Assembly: GCA_913009695.1 (NCBI GenBank)
Contig: CAJVWV010000002.1
Coordinates: 1-53,464 of the forward strand
Length of the DNA stretch: 53,464 bases
Direction: 5' to 3'
Source of the DNA: an uncultured bacterium
GTDB lineage: Bacteria > Patescibacteriota > Patescibacteriia > Patescibacteriales > SZUA-104
Part shown: positions 1-9,533 of the stretch, piece after piece
How the letters are laid out: every line of letters starts with the position of its first letter
Numbering within the stretch: position 1 is the stretch's first letter
Position numbers and translations under genes: made by a program
The notes under the pieces: model-generated
The model's input: only the letters and a program-made list of their open reading frames with translations
What the model was told of the DNA's origin: nothing
The model's database searches: none

Positions 1-285
1 ATTCTCTTCAGCTTTTTTTATTACATTTCTTAAATCAGAAACTCCGCTTGTTGTGGCTGAAAATTTAATAAAATCCGATTTAGTCTGCTTGGCAATAATA
101 TGAGCCAAAGTAGTTTTTCCGCTTCCCGGAGGTCCCCAAAAAATAATTGACGGCAAATTATCGCCCTCAATAGCTTTGCGGAGCAATTTCCCCTTGCCCA
201 CAATTTCATCTTGCCCCAAAAATTCCTTTAAATTAGCAGGCCGCATTCTATCAGCCAAAAGCGTATTTTTATTATCTTTAGTCAT
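1..285 (-). CDS. rarA: Replication-associated recombination protein A (AAA+ ATPase), 5' part only, runs off the window
   Basis: Manual translation from ATG at 285: MTKDNKNTLLADRMRPANLKEFLGQ...SIIFWGPPGSGKTTLA; LADRMRP and Walker A are typical of RarA/MgsA. Confidence 0.9.
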   Translation of the reverse strand, partial: MTKDNKNTLLADRMRPANLKEFLGQDEIVGKGKLLRKAIEGDNLPSIIFWGPPGSGKTTLAHIIAKQTKSDFIKFSATTSGVSDLRNVIKKAEEN

Positions 286-447
286 AAAAACATATTAACA
301 AGTAATTATGCAAAATACAATAAAAATCTAAATAATTCGCATGTGCCGGGTTTGTAGTTCCGACTCGCGAAGCGAAAACACAAAAAAACCGACTCATTCA
401 AGCCAGTCTTATTAATTGATCATTGTAAATTGTTAATTGTTAATTGA

Positions 448-1152
448 TTACCCGTCTCCACCAAACCTCCTCTTCCTATTAGCAAACTCTTCTAAAATTA
501 TATCAACGTCTGATGCTTCAAAGTCCGGCCAATATTTACTTAAAAATATTAACTCGCTGTATGCTCCTTCCCAAAGCTGAAATCCTGATGTGCGTTTTTC
601 GCCGGATGTGCGAACTATTATATCAGGGTCAGGCAAATTACTATTATATAAATATTTTTTAATCATTCCTTCATGCACCTGTTCCGGGTCAATTTTATTT
701 TTTATCATCTTGCGTACAGCGTCAACAATTTCAATCCTTCCGCCATAATTTAAACATAAGTTTAAGGTGCCACCTGTTCCGCTCTTTGTTTTGTCCATGG
801 CGTCAGAACAAGCGTCCGGCAAATCGCCGGGCAGTTCATCAATTCTCCCACTTATCAATATACGATAATTTTTTTCAATTGCCTTTTTGGTTTCTTCATC
901 TATTGCCTTGCGAAGTAATTTCATCAAATAATTAATCTCATCTTTAGCCCTATCCCAATTTTCAGTAGAAAAGGTATAAACTGAAACAATACTGACTCCA
1001 CGAGAAAAAAACCAGTCCACTGACTGCTTTAATTTTTCATATCCTTTTTCATGCCCTTCAAGGTTAGATAGGTTTCTCTCTTTAGACCATCGTCTATTAC
1101 CGTCAGGTATAATTCCTACGTGAACAGGAATATTTTTATTTTTGTTATCCAT
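448..1152 (-). CDS. uppS: Undecaprenyl/polyprenyl diphosphate synthase
   Basis: IPDGNRRW, FSTENWDR, NYGGR, RTSGEKRTSGF and RRFGG cis-prenyltransferase motifs. Confidence 0.95.
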   Translation of the reverse strand: MDNKNKNIPVHVGIIPDGNRRWSKERNLSNLEGHEKGYEKLKQSVDWFFSRGVSIVSVYTFSTENWDRAKDEINYLMKLLRKAIDEETKKAIEKNYRILISGRIDELPGDLPDACSDAMDKTKSGTGGTLNLCLNYGGRIEIVDAVRKMIKNKIDPEQVHEGMIKKYLYNSNLPDPDIIVRTSGEKRTSGFQLWEGAYSELIFLSKYWPDFEASDVDIILEEFANRKRRFGGDG

Positions 1153-1429
1153 AAAATTGCTTGATTATTTTAACTAACTTTATCCTCTCTTTAGTTCCAC
1201 TAATTATTCTAACATTTTTCTTAGAAATTTCAAGCTCTTGGGCCAAAAACTTAATTAATTCCTTATTAGCCACTCCCTTGGTTGGCGGAGCCGCGACGTC
1301 AATTTTAATAGTATCATCGTCCATTAAATTTTTTATTACGGTCTTACCAACACCTGGCTTTACTTTTATTTTTAAGTAAACCTCGCCTTTTTCGTTTAAT
1401 TGTTCTTTAAATTTAGTAAGCATAATCAT
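1145..1429 (-). CDS. DUF167/YggU family protein
   Basis: IKVKPG...APPTKGVANKELIKFLA...GTKERIK matches the UPF0235 pattern. Confidence 0.85.
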   Translation of the reverse strand: MIMLTKFKEQLNEKGEVYLKIKVKPGVGKTVIKNLMDDDTIKIDVAAPPTKGVANKELIKFLAQELEISKKNVRIISGTKERIKLVKIIKQFYG

Positions 1430-1436
1430 AAACCGC

Positions 1437-1778
1437 TTATTTTGTCCCGAAAAGCATATTTAATAAATAACTAACAATTGACAAAACTACGCTAAAATAC
1501 AGAGCCGGTAAAAAGCCCTCCACGCTAAACCCCTGAATAATTGTTGAAGAAAACCAGACGAGTAGCGCGTTTATTACAAAAGTAAAAAGCCCAAGGGTTA
1601 AAATGTTAATCGGAAGAGTAATAACAACCAATATTGGTTTTATTATAATATTGATTACGGCTAGAAATACAGCCAGCCACAAGGCCGCCCAGACACCGAC
1701 AACCGTTACGCCGGTTATCAGTTTAGCGGCTATTAAAATTGACGCGGCCATTATAAGCCATTTTAAAATTATTTTCAT
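1437..1778 (-). CDS. YvlD/phage-holin-4 (DUF360) family membrane protein
   Basis: Four hydrophobic segments, KPILVVITLPINILTLGLFTFVINA motif. Confidence 0.85.
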   Translation of the reverse strand: MKIILKWLIMAASILIAAKLITGVTVVGVWAALWLAVFLAVINIIIKPILVVITLPINILTLGLFTFVINALLVWFSSTIIQGFSVEGFLPALYFSVVLSIVSYLLNMLFGTK

Positions 1779-1789
1779 ATAGTTTAATA

Positions 1790-2477
1790 TTATGGATAAT
1801 CGCTATTAATAACATAGCCAGTGCCAGTCTGGTTATGAACAGTGCAACCCGTACTAGGCGGACAACACCCGGAATACATTATTTTGCCAAACCTTGCATC
1901 AATTATTGAGGTGGGCCAACCTCCTGTCCATCGGTTGCATTTGTATTTTACCGATTCCGGATGATTAGGCGTCTCTAATTGCGTCATCAACAAATAATAT
2001 TCACCATCCTCGGTTGCTCCATAGGCGTAAATTCTTGACGAACTGCTCCATGGATCGCCTCCGGAATTTATTGGGTCCCGCGGTATATTGCTTATATATG
2101 GGGTTAAGATATTTAAAAAAGAAGTGTCAGTAGAATAATCAAAACGATATGGATCATTCACATCGCCCAACACCTCGCTATCAGTGGGATATATTCCGTT
2201 GTCATCATAAAACAATGCTAACGCTTTTGAAATTTGTTTTAAATCCGCTAATCTTTTCACATCCCTCGCCTTTATTCTTGCATTATGAATTTAATTAAAC
2301 ACCCTGCGGTCTTGCCACAGTAGTTTACAGTTAGAAATACATATAAACCCCCTGTCGGTCTTGCCGCAGGGATAATTTAGTAAAATTATATAACCCCGCA
2401 GAAACTAAAAAACCAATAATAGAAATTACAACTAAAATTTCTATCATGGTAAATCCTTTTTTGTTTAAATGTATCAT
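1790..2477 (-). pseudogene. Type IV pilin / GspG-like prepilin interrupted by a 94-bp insertion
   Basis: ATG at 2477 gives MIHLNKKGFTMIEILVVISIIGFLVSAGLYNF (N-methylation motif); removing 2288-2381 joins in frame to HNARIKARDVKRLADLKQISKALALFY (ORF 1790..2260). Confidence 0.85.
2288..2381. mobile_element. Non-autonomous miniature element with two similar subterminal hairpins (IS200/IS605-derived MITE-like)
   Basis: ccctgcgg-tcttg-ccacag (about 2302-2320) and cccctgtcgg-tcttg-ccgcaggg (about 2349-2371) in the same orientation; sits exactly at the break in the pilin frame. Family assignment is inference. Confidence 0.6.
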
Positions 2478-2494
2478 ATAAATTGTTATTATAG

Positions 2495-2567
2495 TGGACC
2501 CGAGGAGACTCGAACTCCTTACCTCTACAATGCGAATGTAGCGCTCTACCAGATGAGCTACGAGCCC
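2495..2567 (-). tRNA. tRNA-Ala(CGC)
   Basis: GGGCTCGTAGCTCATCTGGTAGAGCG, anticodon arm CTACA-TTCGCAT-TGTAG, GTTCGAGTC T-loop, CGGGTCCA end; CCA not encoded. Confidence 0.95.
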
Positions 2568-2600
2568 AATTCAGGCCCACAAAGCGGTAGCTTTTATTAA

Positions 2601-3293
2601 CTACTCCACCAACTCAATACTCTCAACAACAATATCTTTGATGGGATGATCATTTTCATTTTTTTCAACCGCCTCAATTTTGTCCACTACGTCCATTCCC
2701 TCCACAATTTCGCCGAAGTTAGTATGCCTTCCGTCAAGCCATGGAGTCGCCTCGCTTGTTACTATAAAAAACTGCGAGCCATTTGTGTTAGGGCCGGAGT
2801 TAGCCATAGCCATGCTGCCACGCACAAGCTTATGATTATTTATTTCGTCTTTAAACTTATAGTCCGGTCCACCCATGCCGTCATTTGACCAATCGTCGTC
2901 TTTAGAATTCGGATCGCCTCCCTGAATCATAAAATCCTTTATCACACGATGAAATTTCGTATTATCATAAAACCCATCTTGGGCTAAATTTAAAAAATTA
3001 TTAACAGTCAAAGGTGATTCCTCTCCATACAATTTAATCTTAATGTCTCCGAAATTAGTTTTAAGTATCACACCGGAATATTCCTTGACTAAATCTTTTA
3101 ATACAATTTCTTGTCCTCCTGAATCCCGAAGCTTCGGGACTAAAGACGAATCTTTTTGCCCTTGTGCTGAGCTTGTCAAAGTATCTGCCATGTTGTTTTT
3201 TCCTGTTTCATTATTAATTTCCTGATTTGCCTGTTCATGTGCGCATCCGGAAACTAACAAAGAAAACATAATTAAAAATAATAATTTTCGCAT
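2601..3293 (-). CDS. Cyclophilin-type peptidyl-prolyl isomerase, lipoprotein
   Basis: Lipobox LVSGC; FHRVIKDFMIQGGDP, AMANSGPNTNGSQFFI, WLDGRHTNFG. Confidence 0.93.
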   Translation of the reverse strand: MRKLLFLIMFSLLVSGCAHEQANQEINNETGKNNMADTLTSSAQGQKDSSLVPKLRDSGGQEIVLKDLVKEYSGVILKTNFGDIKIKLYGEESPLTVNNFLNLAQDGFYDNTKFHRVIKDFMIQGGDPNSKDDDWSNDGMGGPDYKFKDEINNHKLVRGSMAMANSGPNTNGSQFFIVTSEATPWLDGRHTNFGEIVEGMDVVDKIEAVEKNENDHPIKDIVVESIELVE

Positions 3294-3327
3294 AATTTTT
3301 TGTTATTTGTTATTTATAAATTAAGCC

Positions 3328-4835
3328 TAACGGCACATTTCGCAACGCGCTTTCGGCGTTTAGTTTCTTAAAAACTAATTTGATTGTATAATTACTGTAT
3401 GTCAGAAGCTGTAAATACAACTAGCAGTAAATACACAATCAAACAAATCTTCAAGGACAACTGGAATGATTTTTATGATCTAAATAAAGATAATATCCGC
3501 GATACTGTTGTTGAAAATGTAGACAGGATTATGGCTTGCGGAGACAAGAATAAACTGGGCTATGGAATGTATATGTGCCCGTCATGCGGTAACAGGCATT
3601 ATGTTGCCCATACCTGCAAATCCCGCTTCTACAATTCTTGCGGAAAAGTGATGACTGACAACTGGATTAACTGGGCGCAAGACAATATGTTAAATTGTCC
3701 CTATCATCATATCATATTCAGTCCGCCTTCGGAATTATGGCTTTTTTTTCGCGGCTAACCGCGATTGCCTGCATTTGCTGTTTAAGGCGGCATCACGCGC
3801 CATTATGTCTTGGTGCGAAGAAGAAGGGTTTGTTCCGGGAGTCGTTTCAGTTATGCATACATTCGGAGCTGTTCTGGACTTTCATCCTCATATCCATATA
3901 CTGCTTACCGAGGGAGGGGTTAGCGAGAATTCCAACTTTGATTTTTTAACCTGGCAAGAATGCAATTTCTTTCCGGAAAAAGTATTGAAAGAGCGGTTTA
4001 AATATTATTTGATTAAATATTTGCGTGAATGGGCTTGTAAAAATAAATTGTCTTTACCGTTGGAAATTAAACAAATTTGGAGGAATAAACTGAATTGCGA
4101 TAATCTTTACAATGCCACGCAGGAATTATATAAAATCATCTGGTATGTTCATATCGGGAAAAAACTTGAAAACGCTGAGTTTACCACCAAGTATATCGGC
4201 AGGTATACCAAACGGCCGTGCATTTCAGGGGCCAAAATTATTGGTTACGACCGAGAAAAGAAAACCGTTTCATTCAGATACAGGGACAAACATACTAACA
4301 CGGAAAAAACAGAGACAATGCCGGTAATGGAGTTTATCGGGCGGCTAGTCAGGCATATACCGGAGAAAAACTATCGGATGATCAGGTATTACGGAATATA
4401 TGCCAATTCGGTTAAAAACGAGCTTTGGGAATTGCTTGCTTATCAGATTTCAAAACTGTTTACTTTAGCTAAATTGATTTTCGCGCCGAAACGGATTTTA
4501 AACAGTTGGCGAGACAGGGTTATGTCTTCAACCGGATGCGATCCCTTGGTCTGTAAAAAATGCAATATACAGATGGAACTGACCGAGATAGGCCACCGGA
4601 TTAGAGACGGAATATTTAAAATTTATCCTGTTTTCAATTAACAATAATTCTTTTCTAAAAACTGTTTGTAAAAACGGCAGGGCATGTTAATGGCTGAATT
4701 CGATAATATCGCCTTGCGGACAACTTTTAAAAAATAATTTGTTTGATATTTTCTTTCTTTTCTACCTAGCGACCGAAAAATCAGAAATTTTAAAATTAAA
4801 TTTTTTGTTTTTGGGGATATTCAAATTCCTTAACG
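3328..4835 (+). mobile_element. IS91-family (rolling-circle) insertion sequence, ends approximate
   Basis: Encloses the transposase; TAACG at 3328-3332 and 4831-4835, with caaattcct just before the right copy; opposite strand to both flanking genes. Confidence 0.55.
3399..4641 (+). pseudogene. IS91-family HUH/Y2 transposase split by a frameshift in a T8 run
   Basis: Zn-binding part (CPSCG...HTCKSRFYNSCG) in 3384..3758; HPHIH and KYIGRY in 3775..4641; deleting one T in 3742-3749 gives WLFFAANRDCLHLLFKAA and fuses both. Confidence 0.85.
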
Positions 4836-4840
4836 ATAAA

Positions 4841-5569
4841 TTATTTATTATTTTTTAACGGCACCTCTTTATAATAAGACGAACTAAAAATAATAAACAT
4901 CATATCTAATTGGTTAATAATAGCTTTTATAAAAATTTTTTGGTTATTAGTTAATTTTTTATTCGGAATTATGCAAAAAGCTTTTTCATTAAAATTTTCT
5001 TGATCTGATTTAAATATATCATAAAAATCCGATTTTTCTCCAACTACATCTTCATTGCTAATGTCGCATTTTAGCAAAACCGACAACCCTCTTGAACCGC
5101 AATATTCTTTTAATGTTTGAAAGTTATTAAGGTCAATAATCTTAAAAATAACCCAATCAATATCGGTAATTCCCAATATTTTATCCGCCAAAAAATGCAT
5201 TATAAGTTTAAAGTCTTTTTTGCTTTCAGGATATTTTTTTATGCCGGAAAAAATGGATCTGATTTCCTGAATCTGCACATTCACGGAACCAATATATTTA
5301 AAAGCATCTCCTAATTGTTTTTCTAGTTTATCGCTATGATGCTGTAGTTTTTGCACTTTTTTTAAATTATTTTCGGCTTCCTTTTTGTATAACCGAAAAG
5401 CTAAATACCCTAAAAACATCTGAATAATAATTAAAATAACTTCAAGATACTCCTCCTCCAGGAACAGCGTCCCGCTTTTTATTATATAAGGGGTAAGGGC
5501 TAACGAAAACAGCAATACAACAAAAATATAATAATATATTCTTTCTAATATTTTTATTTTTTGTAACAT
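4841..5569 (-). CDS. Hypothetical membrane protein (two TM helices, coiled coil, soluble domain)
   Basis: 242-aa ORF with two N-terminal hydrophobic segments; no family recognised. Confidence 0.65.
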   Translation of the reverse strand: MLQKIKILERIYYYIFVVLLFSLALTPYIIKSGTLFLEEEYLEVILIIIQMFLGYLAFRLYKKEAENNLKKVQKLQHHSDKLEKQLGDAFKYIGSVNVQIQEIRSIFSGIKKYPESKKDFKLIMHFLADKILGITDIDWVIFKIIDLNNFQTLKEYCGSRGLSVLLKCDISNEDVVGEKSDFYDIFKSDQENFNEKAFCIIPNKKLTNNQKIFIKAIINQLDMMFIIFSSSYYKEVPLKNNK

Positions 5570-5670
5570 AATTTTATATTTACAGATTTTTTATTAACAA
5601 TTTAATAATAAAATAATTTATATAATTTATATTTGGAGCATTCGGATATTATTCGTAGATTCAAATTATA

Positions 5671-7128
5671 TTATTTTACATAAAACCCCTTCTTCAACTC
5701 CTTATCATCCTCCATTTTTTTCTCCTCAATTTTCTCTTTTGCCTTTTTTCTTAATTCTTCAATTTCCATTTTGTTTAATTCTTTACTCCGCTTCTCTAAA
5801 TATTTTTTATTATTTAATTTTGGGTCTTCAATTACCTCCGAAAGCAAGACATCTAAAATCGCGCCGATTTTCGGACTTGGCTTTATTTTTAATAATGGCA
5901 TTAAATCGTCGCCGTTAATTTTTAGATTCTTAACCGAAATCGGATCCTTCTGCACTTTCTCCATCATATACTCAAGATGCCTGAGTTTATACGGCTTGGC
6001 TTTCGGTACGCCCGAACCGAGCCGGTCCGCAATCCTAATGTCAATCAAATCTTTTAAATTTTCTTTCCCAACTTTAACGATTAAACGCCTAACTGAACTG
6101 GCCGTTACTTCGTCTACATTATAGTAAAACATATGATTCTTGATTAAATTCGTAACCTTTTGTATATCCTCATTAGAAAACTTAAGACGAGTCATTATTT
6201 TTTTAGTTACTTTCGCGCCGACTATATCATGATTATAAAAAGTATAATCTCCTTTTATCATTTTTTTGGTCTGCGGTTTTGCTATATCGTGTAAAAGCGC
6301 GGCAAACCTTACCCGCCAATCATTACTCGGACAATTTTTTAAACTTAAAACCGAATGCTTAAAAACTGTATAAGTGTGGTGCTTATTCTGTCCTACGCCG
6401 ACTCCTCTTTCAAGTTCAGGCAGAATATATTGTAAAAGTTTAGTGTCGTGTAAAAGCATTATTCCTTCATAAGCTCTATCTGAATCTAAAATTTTTATAA
6501 GCTCGTCTTTAACACGTTCTTTAGAAACGAATTTAATCCCGCCCGCCATTTTTGTAATTGCTCTTTGGGTCTTCGGTTCAATTTCAAATTTAAGCTGGCA
6601 AGACAGACGTATAGCGCGCATCATGCGCAAAGCATCTTCTTTAAATCTATCAACCGGCTCACCTACCGCCCGAATAATTTTCTTTTTCACATCTTTCTGT
6701 CCACCAAACAAATCAATAATTTCTATCTCCTGTTTTCTATCTCCTGTTTTTTGCCGCAAGGCAATGGCATTAATCGTAAAATCCCGCCTTTCTAAATCTT
6801 TATCTAATTTTTTTTCAAACCTAATCTCGTCCGGATGGCGCCTATCGCTATAACCTTGTTCAGACCTATAAGTTGTAATTTCAACAACATCTTCAGTCTC
6901 TTTGTCTTTATTCTTAATCGGCACCAAAACAGTACCAAAAATATTTTCATACTTTCCATCAGGCAAAACCTTTAAAATTTCTTCGGGCTTGGCGTTTGTA
7001 GTAATATCCCAGTCCTTGGGTTCTTTTTTTAACAACAAATCACGCACGCATCCACCCACAATATAAGCTTCATATCCCGCTTTCTCTAACTTTTCTATTA
7101 AATTTTCTACATAATCAGGAATTTTCAT
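5671..7128 (-). CDS. CCA tRNA nucleotidyltransferase / poly(A) polymerase family protein with HD domain
   Basis: VGGCVRDLLL, DWDITT, RRDFTINA, EDALRMMRA, LLHDIAK. Confidence 0.93.
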   Translation of the reverse strand: MKIPDYVENLIEKLEKAGYEAYIVGGCVRDLLLKKEPKDWDITTNAKPEEILKVLPDGKYENIFGTVLVPIKNKDKETEDVVEITTYRSEQGYSDRRHPDEIRFEKKLDKDLERRDFTINAIALRQKTGDRKQEIEIIDLFGGQKDVKKKIIRAVGEPVDRFKEDALRMMRAIRLSCQLKFEIEPKTQRAITKMAGGIKFVSKERVKDELIKILDSDRAYEGIMLLHDTKLLQYILPELERGVGVGQNKHHTYTVFKHSVLSLKNCPSNDWRVRFAALLHDIAKPQTKKMIKGDYTFYNHDIVGAKVTKKIMTRLKFSNEDIQKVTNLIKNHMFYYNVDEVTASSVRRLIVKVGKENLKDLIDIRIADRLGSGVPKAKPYKLRHLEYMMEKVQKDPISVKNLKINGDDLMPLLKIKPSPKIGAILDVLLSEVIEDPKLNNKKYLEKRSKELNKMEIEELRKKAKEKIEEKKMEDDKELKKGFYVK

Positions 7129-7222
7129 ACAACTTTATTATATATCATATATATAAAATAATCTACTTTAAAAGTTAAAAGAGGCGGTTGAATACATCAA
7201 CGCGCCCCTTTGAATTATGTTC

Positions 7223-7423
7223 CTACCAGAAGCTTGGCTTTGTTGTCCGGCTATCTGGTTTATATAATAGATATCTAAATCCGAACCTAAATAATAAAGC
7301 TATAACGAAAGATATTATTATCAGGTAGATATAAAAACCTATAGTATTATCTCTCCATGGTTCAGGAAATATAAGGAATAGAGTCAAGCCAATACCAAAC
7401 GTAGAAAAGATCACTTTTGTCAT
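7223..7423 (-). CDS. Small two-TM hypothetical protein
   Basis: GAGGAGG RBS, own promoter (7480-7508) and downstream hairpin (about 7177-7212). Confidence 0.65.
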   Translation of the reverse strand: MTKVIFSTFGIGLTLFLIFPEPWRDNTIGFYIYLIIISFVIALLFRFGFRYLLYKPDSRTTKPSFW

Positions 7424-7479
7424 TAAATATCCCTCCTCGGAATTTTTTGTTTTTTATATGTACGAATTGTTGTTACTTT

Positions 7480-7508
7480 ATAATACCATATTTATAAATA
7501 TATGTCAA
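7480..7508 (-). promoter_or_regulatory. Sigma70-type promoter
   Basis: TTGACA-17-TATTAT with TG upstream of -10 on the minus strand. Confidence 0.65.
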
Positions 7509-7525
7509 GGATATTATTAGATTGC

Positions 7526-7580
7526 ATTTTCATTTTAAAAGTGAACACTTTTGACCAAATTTTCATTTTAAAAGTGAACA
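7526..7580. repeat. Two copies of a 22-bp imperfect palindrome, operator-like
   Basis: attttcattttaaaagtgaaca at 7526-7547 and 7559-7580. Confidence 0.7.
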
Positions 7581-7644
7581 AAATTGAATAACTAATATTA
7601 GCTAAATACTTTAATTAATTCCTATAAAATGGTACACTATTTAT

Positions 7645-8862
7645 ATGGAAATATTTAAATTACCCAAAAAATCCCCCCTACCCCCCTTTACTAAAGGGGG
7701 CAAAATTATATTAGCTCTCGGCGCTGAATCAGCCGGCAATTTTTCGGTTTTTCCAGCTCCCCCTTTATTAAAGGGGGTTGGGGGTATTTATTTCTCCGAA
7801 GATTTTGGTGATCTTTTAGATGATAAAAATTATAAAAAATTTCAAAAAGCTGTTTTAGATTTTTTAAAAAAGAATAAACTAAAGCCGAATATAATTTTAA
7901 CCGACTTGCATCCCGAATATAAAACTACACTTTGGGGAAAGGAGTTAAGCAAAAAATTTAAGGCGAAACATATTCAAGTTCAACATCATATCGCGCATAT
8001 TTTCTCAGCAGTCGGGGAAAAAGGAACCGAGTTCCCTATAGGGAACTCGGTTCCTTTCACCGGCATAGCTCTTGACGGCACCGGCTACGGATTGGACGGC
8101 AATATATGGGGCGGAGAAATTTTCTATATCTCCCCCTTGATAAAGGGGGTTGGGGGGATTAAAAGAATTGGACACTTGGAAAATCAAACTATGATCGGAG
8201 GAGATTTAGCGATTAAAGAACCTGCTCGTATGCTATTAGCCATTCTGGCTAAAATTAAAAATTACGAATTAAAAATTAAGAATAATAAAGAATTTATTTA
8301 TAGTTTTGTTAAAAAATACTATTCTAAAAACCAATTTGAATTATTGTATAATCAGCTTGAGCAAAATTTTAACTGCGTGGAAACTTCCAGCGCCGGAAGA
8401 ATCTTAGACGCGGTTTCAGTGTTATTGGGATTTTGCGGAAATAAAAGAAACTACAAACACGAGCCGATTGATCTGCTTGAAAAAAATTCCACCAAACCAT
8501 TTGAAATAAACTCAAAACTCAAAACTCAAAACTCAAAACTTATTTTAGATACAATATATTTATTTGAATATTTAATTAAAAATTTGCATAAAAACAAACG
8601 CCGTCTCGCCGCCACGGCGCAACTTTATATCGCGCAAGGTATGTATAAAATAACTAAAAGCTATAAGCTAAAAGCTATAAGCTGTTATTTATCCGGTGGC
8701 ATCGCCAACAACAAAATCATCTCGTCATATTTAGAATCCAAAGGCGCGATTGCCAATAAAAAAGTCCCGCGCGGCGATGCGGGACTGAGTTTCGGACAAA
8801 TTATTTTTTATTTAATGGAAGAAACCATTAAAACATCAGCAACAACAGTTCCTTCTCCGTAA
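7645..8862 (+). CDS. HypF-like carbamoyltransferase, C-terminal Kae1-like domain only
   Basis: DLHPEY, VQHHIAH, LDGTGYGLDGNIWGGE, TSSAGRILDA, SGG, GDAGLSFGQ; no acylphosphatase, Zn-finger or YrdC part. Confidence 0.85.
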   Translation: MEIFKLPKKSPLPPFTKGGKIILALGAESAGNFSVFPAPPLLKGVGGIYFSEDFGDLLDDKNYKKFQKAVLDFLKKNKLKPNIILTDLHPEYKTTLWGKELSKKFKAKHIQVQHHIAHIFSAVGEKGTEFPIGNSVPFTGIALDGTGYGLDGNIWGGEIFYISPLIKGVGGIKRIGHLENQTMIGGDLAIKEPARMLLAILAKIKNYELKIKNNKEFIYSFVKKYYSKNQFELLYNQLEQNFNCVETSSAGRILDAVSVLLGFCGNKRNYKHEPIDLLEKNSTKPFEINSKLKTQNSKLILDTIYLFEYLIKNLHKNKRRLAATAQLYIAQGMYKITKSYKLKAISCYLSGGIANNKIISSYLESKGAIANKKVPRGDAGLSFGQIIFYLMEETIKTSATTVPSP

Positions 8863-9009
8863 GAAAAATACTCCTTGTTTTTTTTACTGTTATGTAACAA
8901 GTACTTTTGCTGCTGCCTTTTAATCACCTTAACATTATGGCGGAAAAACTGTAATCCATTCCATTATAACTCTTTTATAACGCCCTTCCTGCAAATCTTT
9001 AACCTTCAT
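8808..9009 (-). pseudogene. Small frameshifted ORF with strong RBS
   Basis: AAAGGAGG then ATG at 9009 (MKVKDLQEGRYKRVI); a one-base shift continues WNGLQFFRHNVKVIK...VSSIK to TAA at 8808. Confidence 0.4.
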
Positions 9010-9445
9010 AATTCCTCCTTTTCATTCTGTCTGTTAAAAAATTATAGCCAGCTTGTGATTTTACAAACAAGCAAAATAATATTCCTGAAAGAACATAAAA
9101 TCCAAAACAAATAGCTGCAACAGTCTGAAAATATTCAAAGCGAGCAAAAAATATCATAACAGGCACAAACACAGAAGCCATGCCTGCTGACATAAAAAGG
9201 GTTATTATCATCTTATAATCATCAGTGTTATATTCAATCAACTCAGCAAACGCAAACACAACCCAAAAAACAAACTTAATCATTACTTTTACCGCTGTTG
9301 CTATTTTTATCACATATTTGTTTCCGTTAATCTTCAAATATCCATAGCGCGCAACGCTAACAATCAGCCCAAGCCCGCCAAAAATAACAATGCCCCATCC
9401 TGTAATAATAATCACATCCGCAATATCACTTAAAAATTTTTCCAT
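8999..9445 (-). CDS. Hypothetical four-TM membrane protein
   Basis: 148-aa hydrophobic ORF with GAGGCG-type RBS. Confidence 0.65.
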   Translation of the reverse strand: MEKFLSDIADVIIITGWGIVIFGGLGLIVSVARYGYLKINGNKYVIKIATAVKVMIKFVFWVVFAFAELIEYNTDDYKMIITLFMSAGMASVFVPVMIFFARFEYFQTVAAICFGFYVLSGILFCLFVKSQAGYNFLTDRMKRRNYEG

Positions 9446-9533
9446 ACCGCGCCTCTCTTTCTTTTTTTAAATGAACAATTTATAATTTAAAAATTTATTC
9501 TAAATTCTAAATTCATAATTCTAAATTCTGTAA

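Noticed and set aside
2386-2580. 64-aa ORF
   Set aside because: Overlaps tRNA-Ala and the true pilin 5' end in another frame.
3324-3365. Integron attC site
   Set aside because: GCCTAAC is present but no matching GTTAGGC core with proper inner boxes, no cassette array and no integrase.
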